Positions 24,401-35,664 of a DNA stretch of 64,000 bases are shown here, one piece after another. The DNA is from Azolla caroliniana. Its lineage: Eukaryota; Plantae; Polypodiophyta. The translations under genes were made by a program, and so were the position numbers. Each line of letters opens with the position of its first letter. The stretch's first letter is position 1. The stretch lies in contig JBHGNT010000005.1 of NCBI GenBank assembly GCA_043228905.1, positions 12,586,001 through 12,650,000 of the forward strand, given 5' to 3'. A model generated the notes under the pieces. It worked only from the letters and a program-made list of their open reading frames with translations. It was not told the DNA's origin and searched no databases.

Positions 24401-25952
24401 GTAGCTAATTAGCTATCCTAGCTACCACCATAGTTAGTAAAGTAGCTAATTAGCTATCCTAGCTACTACCATAGTTAGTAAAGTAGCTAATTAGCTATCC
24501 TAGCTACTACCATAGTTGAGTAAAGTAGCTAATTAGCTACCATAGTAGCTAATTAGCTATCCTAGCTACTACTATAGTTGTGTAAAGTAGCTAATAAGCT
24601 ATCCTACTAGCTAATTAGCTATCCTAGTAGGTAATTAGCTATGGTACTAGCTAATTAGCTAGTACTATAGTTGTGTAAAAAAGCTAATTAGGTATCCTAC
24701 TAGCTAATTAGCCACTGACAACTAATTAGCTATCCTAGTAACTAATTAGCTACTGCCATAGTTGTGTAAAGTAGCTAATAAGCTATCCTAGTAGCTAATT
24801 AGCTACTAGCAGCTAATTAGCTATCCTAGTAGCTAATTAGCTATCCTACTAGCTAATTAGCTACTACCATAGTTGAGTAAAGTACCTAATTAGCTATCCT
24901 ACTAGCTAATTAGCTACTACCATAGTTGAGTAAAGTACCTAATTAGCTATCCTACTAGCTAATTAGCTACTGGCAACTAATTAGCTATCCTAGTAGCTAA
25001 TTAGCTATCCTACTAGCTAATTAGCTGCTGGCAACTAATTAGCTATCCTACTAGCGAATTAGCTATCCTAGCGAATTAGCTATCCTAGTAGCTACTGCCA
25101 TAGTTGTGTAAAGTAGCTAATAAGCTATCCTAGTAGCTAATTAGCTACTGGCAGCTAATTAGCTATCCTAGTAGCTAATTAGCTACTGGCAGCTAATTAG
25201 TTGTCCTAGTAGCTAATAAGCTATCCTAACTACTACCATAGTTGAGTAAAGTACCTAATTAGCTATCCTAACTACTACCATAGTTGAGTAAAGTACCTAA
25301 TTAGCTATCATACTAGCTAATTAGCTATCGTACTAGCTAATTAGCTATCCTAGCTTCTACCATAGTTTAGTAAAGTAGCTAATTAGCTATCCTAAATAAC
25401 TGTCATGTTATTGTAGAATCTTGTGGATTAAGGACGGCACATGATGTGTCTGGTGCTGATGATGCTGCAACAGATGAGGATACTACTGCCAATGTGGCTG
25501 AAAGTAAGAGTCCTGCTATCACATCTCCTTCAGATCAGCTGCACCCTATTCTTTTGGAACAGTGTACTGAATTAGGCAACGATGTGAAATGCCATGAAAT
25601 AGTGGAAACAACATGTAAAACTGAGGTTCACAACAACAGTGTTTATGAACACTTGATGCAACATTTCTTCGAGTCTCAAGACCTTGATTCCACCCCACCG
25701 AGCCCAACTACTGAAAATGTCCAAACAGATCCCTCTGTACTTGAAAAGCTAGTTCAAGAAACGGTTGATGTGCAATTAGCTGCTGAGGCGATGGGAAGGT
25801 TGTCGGAGGAGGACACACTTGCGCATTGGATCCTAGAAGCAAGGCTAAATGGGGAACCAACCAGAAAAAGGCTGAAGAAGGGGCCACGATCGGGAACAAG
25901 ACCAGTTACTCGGTCAAGGGGCCCAGACGTAGTGGAGCGAAATACTGTTTAG
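21494..25952 (+). CDS. Six-exon gene, predicted 618 aa (unknown N-terminal domain, coiled coil, RING-H2-like finger, acidic tail). Exons 21494-21597, 21694-21750, 22307-22988, 23067-23210, 23295-23628, 25417-25952
   Basis: All five introns are GT..AG and the phases (2,2,0,0,1) join into a stop-free 1857-nt frame. Exon 5 has C-x2-C-x17-C-x-H-x2-H-x2-C-x10-C-x3-C. Confidence 0.82.
21790..22290 (+). repeat. Degenerate tandem repeat of about 26 bp (GATTAGGGTTTCTGATT..AAATTTCT) in intron 2
   Basis: Repeated TTAGGGTTT (telobox-like) units. Confidence 0.85.
23640..25395. repeat. Palindromic satellite built on TAGCTAATTAGCTA, filling intron 5
   Basis: Dozens of copies, about 184-bp higher-order period (23865/24049/24233), and a perfect 32-bp palindrome at 23745-23776. 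Confidence 0.97.
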
Positions 25953-26201
25953 TTGGATATGATTGTTAGCTTAGGGATTTTGCTAGGGTTTTATGATGTT
26001 TTACTATCCTGTTGGACAAGTAAAACCTCAGATTGGTTGTTGCTTGATCCACATTATGTAATGGAACTCTATGATGTTTTTCCAAGATAATTTGAAGAGT
26101 GTTGTTCTATGACTGAAACTCTTTGATGTTCAGGATATTGTTTTGTGAGACTAGTAGTTACTTTGTGAGTGTGAATATGTTGGTGTTTTCTGATGTTGCA
26201 G

Positions 26202-26512
26202 AGTCTAAAGGGTTTGATTCTATTGCTCGTAAGGCCAATGGCAGTGTGGATACTGTTGATGTTGCGGCATGTTTAAAGGGCCCCATCTTGAAAGTAGATG
26301 TAGCAACTGACACAAGTGATCTGGTCACACAAGTTGATCAAGCATGTAGCACGGATGACTTGGTGTTGCAGGTAGATGCAGCATGTAGCACGGATGACTT
26401 GGTGTTGCAGGTAGATGCAGCATGTAGCACGGATGACTTGGTGTTGCAGGTAGATGTAGCATGTGATACCAGTGGACTGATATCGAGCAGAACAGTAGCT
26501 ACATGCACTGAG
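26202..26512 (+). CDS. Putative additional or alternative exon with a 39-bp (13-aa DDLVLQVDAACST) tandem repeat
   Basis: TTGCAG acceptor, GAG|GTAAAT donor and an open frame. The phase-1 start is compatible with the exon 5 donor. Confidence 0.45.
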
Positions 26513-26569
26513 GTAAATGTAACTGATAAGCTAATTAGCTTTTCTGCTAACTGAGCTAATTAACTTTTC

Positions 26570-29500
26570 GAGTAGAGTCACGGGTGGGTTTAGTAGGGAC
26601 GTTATTAAGTGACTCAGCGTTGGCATGGTTCACTCCACTGTTGGAAAAGGAGTCTCCATTACTCAACAACTTTGAAGAGTTTTTAGGTAATTTTAAAGAA
26701 TGCTTTGGGGATACTGACAGCGTAAGGACCGCAATCAACAAAATCTGGCGATTACGCCAAGGAGACCGTCCAGCCTCCGCATACGTTGCAGATTTCCGCC
26801 TACTCGCTGCTGACATCCCTTGGGATGATCAAGCGTTGATGGAGCAATTTCGTTATGGTTTACGCAACAATGTCAAGGATTTACTCTTGACTTTCCCTGA
26901 AGAGCCAAAGTCCTTAATAGAAGCAATCAGTCGCGCGGTGAGATGTGATAACCGCCTCTTTGAGCGACGTTCGAAACGACAGCTACAGATGCCGAGGGCA
27001 AGATCAGAGCCCACCTACGCCTCAATGGTAGCAAAACCTTTACCCAGGGAGTACTATAATGCGCCTCCAGTGAATACTCCGACTCCGATGGAGATTGACA
27101 CTACACGTCGTCGAGGACCATTATCCGAAGAAGAAAAGCAGCGATGCCGAACAAATCGACTACATCTCTACTGCGGTGGACCAGGACACATTGCAATAAA
27201 TTGTCCCCATAGGCCAAGAAGACAGGTAAACCAAATAGTTGCTAGTTCTAATTGTACTAAACCCGAGCCTATTACAGTAGGGATATCTAATAGTACTAAT
27301 AGTACTAATAGCCTAGATCTAGCGAACAAATTTGATGTCCTTAGTCAGTTAGAAGAAGAGTTAAACGACTAAGTCCAGCCAAAATAGGAGCCATTTGGTT
27401 GGATAGCCCTAGATCTGTGCAACCCATTAGTGGTTCCATTCCCTCTAAGCAAGTTAGCAATGTGTGTGTAGCCCAAGTAACAGTTAATACTAAAAGTACC
27501 CCTCCAGTACACGTCTTAGCACTTCTAGACTCCAGAGCTAATTCTTCCTTTATGGATAGGAATTTTGCCCAAGCTCATAAGATATCTCTTAGAAAACTCC
27601 CGTGTCCAGCCTCTGTAGTCATCATTGATGGTCGTCCCATTTCTTCTGGAAATATCATAGAAGAGTTAGAACCCGTTAATATTGTCCTAGATAACTTAGC
27701 ATGTGTAGTATCATTTAACATTATTAGTATCCCAGAACATCCCATCATTTTGGGATTACCATGGTTCGAGTTATATAACCCAGACATAGATTGGAGAACA
27801 AGAGAAATCCAGTGTCGACAAACCCGAGGATCTACTCAAAAGATTGCCACCATTTCACTACATCAGTTGCGGGAAGAAGGACGCAAGGAAGAAATGTTTC
27901 TCTTCGCAATATCACTAAAACCCTCCGACACCATTAAAGAGGAGTCCACCGTTCAACTTCCAAAGAAGTATCATCATTATGTCGATGTATTCGATAAAGT
28001 ACGAGCCAATACGCTTCCTCACCATCGACCATATGATTGCCCCATTGATTTACAACCGAGGAAAGAGCCACCATGGGGACCAATCTACAATTTGTCACCA
28101 ACCGAGCTAGAAGTCCTTGGAGCCTATATAGAGGAGAATTTGGAGAATGGATTCATTCAACATTCGAAATCTCCAACCGGCGCACCCATTTTCTTCGTCA
28201 AGAAAAAGGATGGCTCCCTTCGTCTGGTGGTAGATTACCGTGGCTTGAATAAAGTTACAATCCGCAATAGGTATGCACTTCCCCTTATTTCAAGTCTTTT
28301 AGAATGGATCAATGGTGCCAGGTTCTTCACAAAAATCGACTTACGGGGGGGCCTATAACCTCGTACGTATCCGACCAGGAGATGAATGGAAGATCGCGTT
28401 CCGCACTAGATATGGGCACTTCGAGTATATGGTCATGCCGTTTGGCCTCACTAATGCGCCAGCAGTCTTCCAGCACATGGCAAATGATATATTCCGAGAT
28501 CTCTTGGATGTGTGTCTGATCATCTACTTGGATGATCTACTGGTTTATTCAAAGACCGAAGAAGAGCATGATTCTCATGTACTGTTAGTACTAAAACGAC
28601 TTCGAGAACATGGTCTTTACGCAAAGCTAGAAAAATGTAGTTTCGGGTGCAACCAGGTGGAATTTCTTGGCTACGTCATTTCATCAGAAGACATCTCCAT
28701 GGACCCAGCTAAGGTCAAGACGGTGGTAGAATGGCAGGCTCCGCGCTCGGTGCGGGATGTGCAATGCTTTTTAGGCTTTGCCAATTTTTACCGGAAGTTT
28801 ATACAAGATTACTCAAAGCTCGTTCAGCCTCTCACACAGCTTACCAGGAAGGGACAATCGTTCGTTTGTTCTAAAGAAGCAGATATGGCTTTCGAGAGTC
28901 TTAAAAAGGCATTTACATCGGCTCCAATTCTAGCTCATGTCGATCCGGAACAAGCATTCATTATCGATGTTGACACATCGGATTTCACATTGGGGAGCAT
29001 TCTGTCACAACGGGGTCATGATGAGAAGCTACATCCTGTGGCTTTTCACTCACGCAAGTTTGACGCCGCAGAAATAAATTACAAAATTCATGATAAGGAG
29101 TTATTGGCAATAGTGGAATTGTTTATGCAATGGAGGCATTTTTTAGAGGGATCCTCTCATCAAGTCACCGTATTCAGTGACCATAAAAACCTTGCCTACT
29201 TTCAGGATGCTCGTGTGATAAATCGACGTCAAGCTCGGTGGGCCCACTTCCTCACGCGTTTCGACTTCAAAATTACATATCGTCCGGGGAAGCACCAAGG
29301 GAAGGCAGATGCATTATCACGACGTTTGTATCTAACATCGCGTCCCGGCGAGCCGGCTTTTGATAACCAAAAACAAGTAATCTTGGGACTGGCACGACTG
29401 CAAGCAACACAGATTTTTGGCATGCCCATGGATTCCCACGTTATCAATATCATACGTGCGGACCTGAAGACAGATGCTTTCCCCCAAGCTATACTAGCAC

Positions 29501-31153
29501 AAATTGATCCCTCTCGAGCGTCGTGTTCACAGTCACAACCACCAGGTACAGACTATCGACAATTCAAATACCATGATGGATTACTCTTCTTTAAAGAACT
29601 TCTGTATGTTCCTAATGGTTCTTGCCGCCTTCGAGTAGTACAAAACTGTCATGACACATATACATCTGGGCATTTTGGTAGTACTAAAACATTAGATTTA
29701 GTACAACGATCATTCTGGTGGCCCTGTATGCGACAATTTGTCGAGGATTTTGTTCGGACTTGTGATACATGCTGCAGAGCGAAAATGCCAAGGCATCATC
29801 CATATGGTTTATTAGAACCATTACCAATTCCAAGCAAGCCGTGGCAATCCATTGCTCTAGACTTCATCACAGATCTTCCAGTCTCTAAGGGGTTCAATGC
29901 GATTCTAATGGTGGTCAATCTATATACGAAGATGTCTCATTTCTTGCCATGTACTAAGGAGATCTCCAGTGAAGACACTGCCGAAATTGTCATGCGTGAA
30001 GTATGTCGACATCATGGACTTCCCGATAGTATCATCAGCGACCGTGGACCCCAGTTCGTTTCAAAATTCTGGAAGCACCTTTTTAACATGCTCAAGGTCA
30101 CTTGTAACCTCTCCTCCGACTACCACCCACAAACCGACGGCCAAGCTGAACGAACAAATCAAACGCTGGAGCAGTATCTGCGGTGCTTTCTCAGCTATCA
30201 TCAGGATGACTGGGCAGATATTCTCCACTTCGCCGAATTTGCCTATAACAACTCTATCCACGCATCCACTAAAGTTACGCCATTTTATGCTTATACGGGA
30301 TGTCACCCTCGGTGGAGTGTACTTGAAACCCAAAGGTGTCCACAAATCCATGCGCGGAGGATCGTTCGGAGCGGTTACGCAAGATACAATCGGATTTATC
30401 TACTCATCTCCAGCAAGCTCAACAAACACAGAAGGTCTACGCGGATCGTCATTGACTTCCATCTAGTTTTAACATTGGAGATCGGGTGTGGCTCCTACGA
30501 CGACACGTCAAGACTACTCACCCATGTGAGAAGTTGGATTATCGGCTATTAGGTCCTTTCCGTATTATCGAAAAGATTAATGATGTCGCTTTTCGTCTCG
30601 ATCTACCTCCTCAACTTCGGATACATCCGGTGTTTCATAGTTCTCTCCTTGAACCCTACCATGAGAGCACCATCCCAGGACGTATTATACAACCTCCACC
30701 CCCGATCGAGCTTGAAGATGGACCAGAGTAGGAGGTTGCCGCCATCCTTGTTTCCAAGATTGTTCGCAACAAGCTCTACTATCTAGTCGATTGGCTAGGC
30801 TCTAGTCCCAGCGAACGTACTTGGGAACCGATCGAGAATGTGACTAATGCTCATGCGCTTCTTGAAGACTTCCATCGTCAATATCCACACAAACTAGGTC
30901 CTCCATCCAAAACGACTCGTGACACTCGGGGATAGTGTCATGATATGGCAAGACTCGAACCCATGACTTTAGGTCATATGGGTCGAGCTCTTAACCATTA
31001 TATCATCTATTGTAATACGTAGGATATTATTTTCATTTACATTTTATTATAGGAAATTAATGTATATTCCAGATTTCTCTGGAACATTCTAGAAGCTTTA
31101 GGATAACTCCTAAGAACACTATAAAAGAGGGCACTAGGCATTATGTTGAACCA
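26570..31153 (+). mobile_element. Tcn1-like chromovirus (family H), 5'-truncated: gag 26584-27372, pol 27399-30900 with frameshifts, chromodomain, PPT, partial 3' LTR from 30936
   Basis: Fungal-type gag [45 protein letters not shown] and chromodomain YLVDWLG..RTWEP. Confidence 0.9.
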
Positions 31154-31159
31154 AACCCT

Positions 31160-32343
31160 TGAAGGCATATTGATCAGCTACCGTCATTACGCGCTGAGTA
31201 TGCTCTTCAAGTTCGGGATGGCAAACTGTAAGCCCATCTCGACCCCTCTGGATAGAAACGCAAAGCTTCGCTGAGATTTTGGGAAGGCGTGCGACCCGAC
31301 ACGGTTCCAATAGATTGTCGGAAGCCTTATCTATTTGACGATTACTCGGCCAGATCTTAGTTATCGAGCCGGCCTAATCAGTCAATTCATGTCGCAGCCT
31401 ACGGCCGAACACTTTCAGTGCGCGCAACGGATATTGCGTTATGTCAGTGGCACTAAAGACATGGTGTTGTTTTATCGGGCAGGCGTAGCTGAACAGCTAG
31501 TCGGCTACACGGATGCCGATTGGGCCAGAAACGCCCACGATCGCCGATCCAAATCTGGATACACATTCCCATTAGGAAGTGCGGCGATCGCATGCAGCAG
31601 CAAAACGCAGTTGACAGTAGCATTGTTGAGCACGGAGGCCGAATATCGAGGGGCTACTATCGCTACATGTGAAGTCATTTGGCTGAAACGGCTATTACAG
31701 GATCTGCAAGTCGAGGTGTCTGATCCGATGACGATCTTTTGCGACAAACTCAGTAGTATCCACCTTGCAAAAAACCCTGTGTTCCGCACCCGGACCAAGC
31801 ACATTGACGTGCATTACCATTTTGCCCGTGAGCGCGAGCGAGTCGTGAAGCCAGAAGGAACCAAAACGTAGATCCGGCGGAGTAGGTGGAACCTCAAGTT
31901 GAGCTTGAGGGGGAGTGTTCAGAGACAACCTCAACATTCGTGCGTAATACAATGCGTAACCTAATGCGTAGACTGGGTGTGTAAATCGGTACACATAACA
32001 GGGCCGTATCGGGGCGTAAACCGAAGAGGCTGTTAGAAAGATATTCCTCATAAGGGAATAACTTTGGGAGTTTGTGTAGTCGACTTATTTATGAGTGTCA
32101 AGTATTGTCAGTACTTGTGTCAGCTTGATTGTCAAGGCTTGTATATAAGGTGCTCACTGAGCACGAAGTATGTACACATATTGAGTATCATTTTGAATTT
32201 AGTTTTGATTTTCTGCTCTCTCTCTCTGTCTCTCCATCTCCATCTCCATCTCCGCATCTTTTGTGTTTTACCGAACTGTCTTATTCCTCCAAACTGTGTA
32301 CTCTGTGTTTCACATACGCTTCCGCACAACGTATTCTTTTACA
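31160..32343 (+). mobile_element. Copia family C 3' remnant (RT/RNase H, PPT, LTR 31916-32343)
   Basis: TRPDLSY, GYTDADW, STEAEY and RTKHIDVHYHF. PPT TTGAGGGGGAG and TG..CA LTR. Confidence 0.88.
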
Positions 32344-33327
32344 CAACTACATCAGGACATAGAGTATCTAAACCTTTTTCTTTTAGACCCTTCATCAAAC
32401 ATGTTAGATTCTCTGAATGCAGCTTTAAGGCTGATAATTGCTCATCAATTTCATTATGAGAAGACCGCCATGTCTCTAGATCTTTCTTTTGTGCTTCCAG
32501 ATGAGTGCCCATACTTGTGAGCTCCTTCTTCAATTCCTCTTTTAACACATCACTTTCAGAATTTTGGATTGTTGATGGAATCCATTCATATGTAATTGAC
32601 CTAGATGTGAATTTTTTCTCTGCTGCCATCTCACCAGATGAAACTTCTTCCAAATCATCCAACAGTGCTTGCATTTTTGTTTGCATGGAAGCTATACAGT
32701 GCAACAATTGCTCTTCACGTTTTTCTATAAGTGTGGCTTTCTGTTTTGCAATTTGTTGAGTCAACACAGATGTCCAAGTTGGGATTTCAATATGAGAGGT
32801 ACCCTCAGACTTCATGGTAGTGTTGGTACTTGAGGACCCTCTATAATGTGATGATCGATGATGAGAAAAATCTTCCCAATCAACTTCAATGCCACCATGG
32901 AGTTCACATGCAAATGCACGTGTAAAGACAGATCCTACCTCATTGTTTAGGATATGTTTCGTATCATAAACTTGTTCATATCGTGACTTTAGTTTAGTGA
33001 TATAATCCTTCTTCAATTGAGTGAGGTGGAAACCTCTCTGTGACTCGGGTTGTGATGAGCCCCAAGTTTGCTTCATCCACATGTCTACGTCTTCATAAGT
33101 GTCAAGTCGTGCATGAAGGAAATAACCCCATCTACTCGAAGGATGTTTGTGTGAACCTTTTTGCCCTGAGTTGCTGAAAACCATGACCTCCCTTTGGTGG
33201 GGGTCATCTTACTTTCTTTGATGGGGGTCCTTTTTCTTTCCTTGCATGGTGTGATGACATTTTCGGTGACCATTTTCTTCTTTGTGGGTGTCTTCCTTGT
33301 CATGTGAATCATGTCTCTCTTCTTCAC
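32344..33327 (-). pseudogene. Paralog of the 21494 gene family, with a probable frameshift near the N-terminus and its 3' end cut by a copia LTR
   Basis: NNEVGSVFTRAFACE..VDW matches NNELSVSFARAFAYE..VAW, and DLEEVSSGEMAAEKKFTS matches DLEKVTMASAMESKVTS. Coiled-coil-like C-terminal half. Confidence 0.65.
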
Positions 33328-33918
33328 CTCACATGCACAACAATAGTAAATAACACTAAATCATGCACAACAATAGTAAACAATATTAAATAATACACAA
33401 TTCAAGGAGATGTCGGATATGAAATATAATGTTAACTCCCGATACTTGACATATACACATGTTGTCCAACTCTCAAATTCAAGCATATGCATGTACAATG
33501 CGCTCAAATGATCAAATGATCAAGGGAGACCAACAACAACAACAACAAAACCCTCAACGATAATAACAGATAGAATCAAACATACAGGTAAACATGTCCC
33601 AAACATCATTATGGTTGCAAATGTAAGAAACAGATAGAAAATGACAAAAACAGATAGAATCAAACATACAAATATAGTGTAAAACAAGTACCAAATGTTG
33701 TTGTCCAAGTCTTTGAAGAGGGGACGCAATTGAAACACACCGGGTAGAGGGAACCAGGTATGAGGGAACACTTGGAGGTAGAGGGAACAAGACTAACAAA
33801 CCCTAAACTGATGCGAAGAGGACACGGTGTGTAGACCACACTTCAGAGAACCCTTGAGAGAGAGAACATGGCCAGCAGAGGACATAGTACAACGGTTGAG
33901 AGAGAGAATACTTGAAAG

Positions 33919-34297
33919 AGAGGACACGACGAGGACACAGTTGAAGACCTGATGTCAATGCAGCGAGGACACAATACAACACCTGATGTCGATGTAACGA
34001 CGACACAGAACAGTGAGGTCACAACGTACTGTTGTTGCAAAGAGGACACAACGAGGACACAGTTGAAGACCTGATGTCGATGCAGCGAGGACACAATACA
34101 ACACCTGATGTTGATGTAACGACGACACAGAACAGTGAGGTCACAACGTACTATTGTTGCAAAGAGGACACAACGAGGACACAGTTGAAGACCTGATGTC
34201 GATGCAGCGAGGACACAATACAACACCTGATGTCGATGTAACGACGACACAAAACAGTGAGGTCACAGCGTACTGTTGATGCAAAGAGGACACAACA
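33919..34297. repeat. 122-bp tandem repeat, about 3.1 copies, upstream of or intronic to the minus-strand paralog
   Basis: Units start at 33919, 34041, 34163 and 34285. Confidence 0.9.
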
Positions 34298-34799
34298 GGC
34301 AGGGAATGGGTTTAGGGTTTGCAGAGTGAGCAAGGAACGTGAAGAAACCTGTGCAGAAGTTCGAAGAGGGAGGGAGGGAGGGAGGGGGGTACGAATGTAA
34401 TGAATTCTTGACTCGAAGGGGGAAGGAAAGAGTGTGTGAGAGAGGAGGTACGAACCTAGGGAATTACCAAGTGTAAAGAGAGAGAGAGAGAGAGACTAAC
34501 TGACTAACTAATTGACAGTTCGACATAAACTTTTTAATTGCCAAGAGAGGTAGAGTGGATGATTGACTGACGACTCAAGATCTTATATAGTTAAGACCTC
34601 CTTACAACATTACCTAGGATTTTAACACAAGTGATGTTTATTTGTATTTGAATTCTATTTTCATTGAATGTGACTTTTAATTTTAAGACAAGTGATCAAC
34701 TTTTTAAACCCAAATACTGGATTTATTTTTACATTTGGAAGTTTTTCCTCCACATGGAATTAGTACTAAAGTTTTGGCCAAAAGTTGGTACACCGTAGC

Positions 34800-35354
34800 A
34801 TTCTTCGACCCGCCATCGAATTTTCTGATTTCAACTTCTGTTCTGGATGTTGAAGCCATATTCTGTTTGTGAACTTGAGATTTTTGACCTGGTCTTTTCT
34901 TTTAGCTTCTTCTGTTGTCTTTTGCCACTGAACAACAAAGATTCGGCTCTGATACCAGTTGTGGGTACGAGTGCTATGTGCCGAAATGTGTATGAATCTA
35001 TGGCCAGTACTGGACAACAAACAACACATACAGAAAATAGAATAGGCGTGGAGACTTACATCGATGGAGCTTTAATGGAAAGCTTCTTATTACTTCGTTC
35101 TTTCTCAGAGATACGATACTTTGCTCGTCATCACTCATTACAATGTTAGGTATTTGCTTATATACTAAGACCTAACTTATTAACGAGTTCACACTCGAAC
35201 GGATACAATTTGGAAGGAGTACACACTCCCTACCGAAGAAGACCTCTGGTTTTGACAAGCCGTACAATGCACAACGTGCCTTAACTCCGATCACTCAATG
35301 GTAGAATGCACAATGAGAACACTATGCATGTTATGTCATTCCCGACCACACACA
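34800..35354 (-). mobile_element. Copia 5' fragment (LTR from 34960, PBS 34946-34957, gag start)
   Basis: PBS TGGTATCAGAGC. MASTSRTEVEIRKFDG resembles the family A gag start MASTSGSSEMSLRKFDG. Confidence 0.65.
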
Positions 35355-35664
35355 ATGGACCAATGTGAATATAATCTACTAAACCGACAGGTGGCACCGG
35401 TCCTGTAGATCGAACCCAGACCGAGCGGCAAAACGACGATGAACGGTTCAGGCGAGATGACCGCTATCGACCAATGCAAGAAATCCGATACAACAACAAA
35501 CGGAATGAGTATGATAAGGATTGTAATGATAGGAGTGTTACCACCTATCTGGAGCAACACCTTCGATCCCTACGTGGAATCGGACCAAGAGACGTGGTAC
35601 GAGTAGTCCCCAAGTTACCCTTGATAAATGGCGAGGACTTTACGACACCTTCACCGATGAAACA

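Noticed and set aside
23640-25395. CRISPR-like array of palindromic repeats
   Set aside because: Linkers are short and recurrent rather than unique spacers, there are no cas genes, and the context is a eukaryotic intron.
33803-34333. Cys/Val-rich ORFs, also at 48448-48829 and 50081-50555
   Set aside because: They are translations of tandem repeats.
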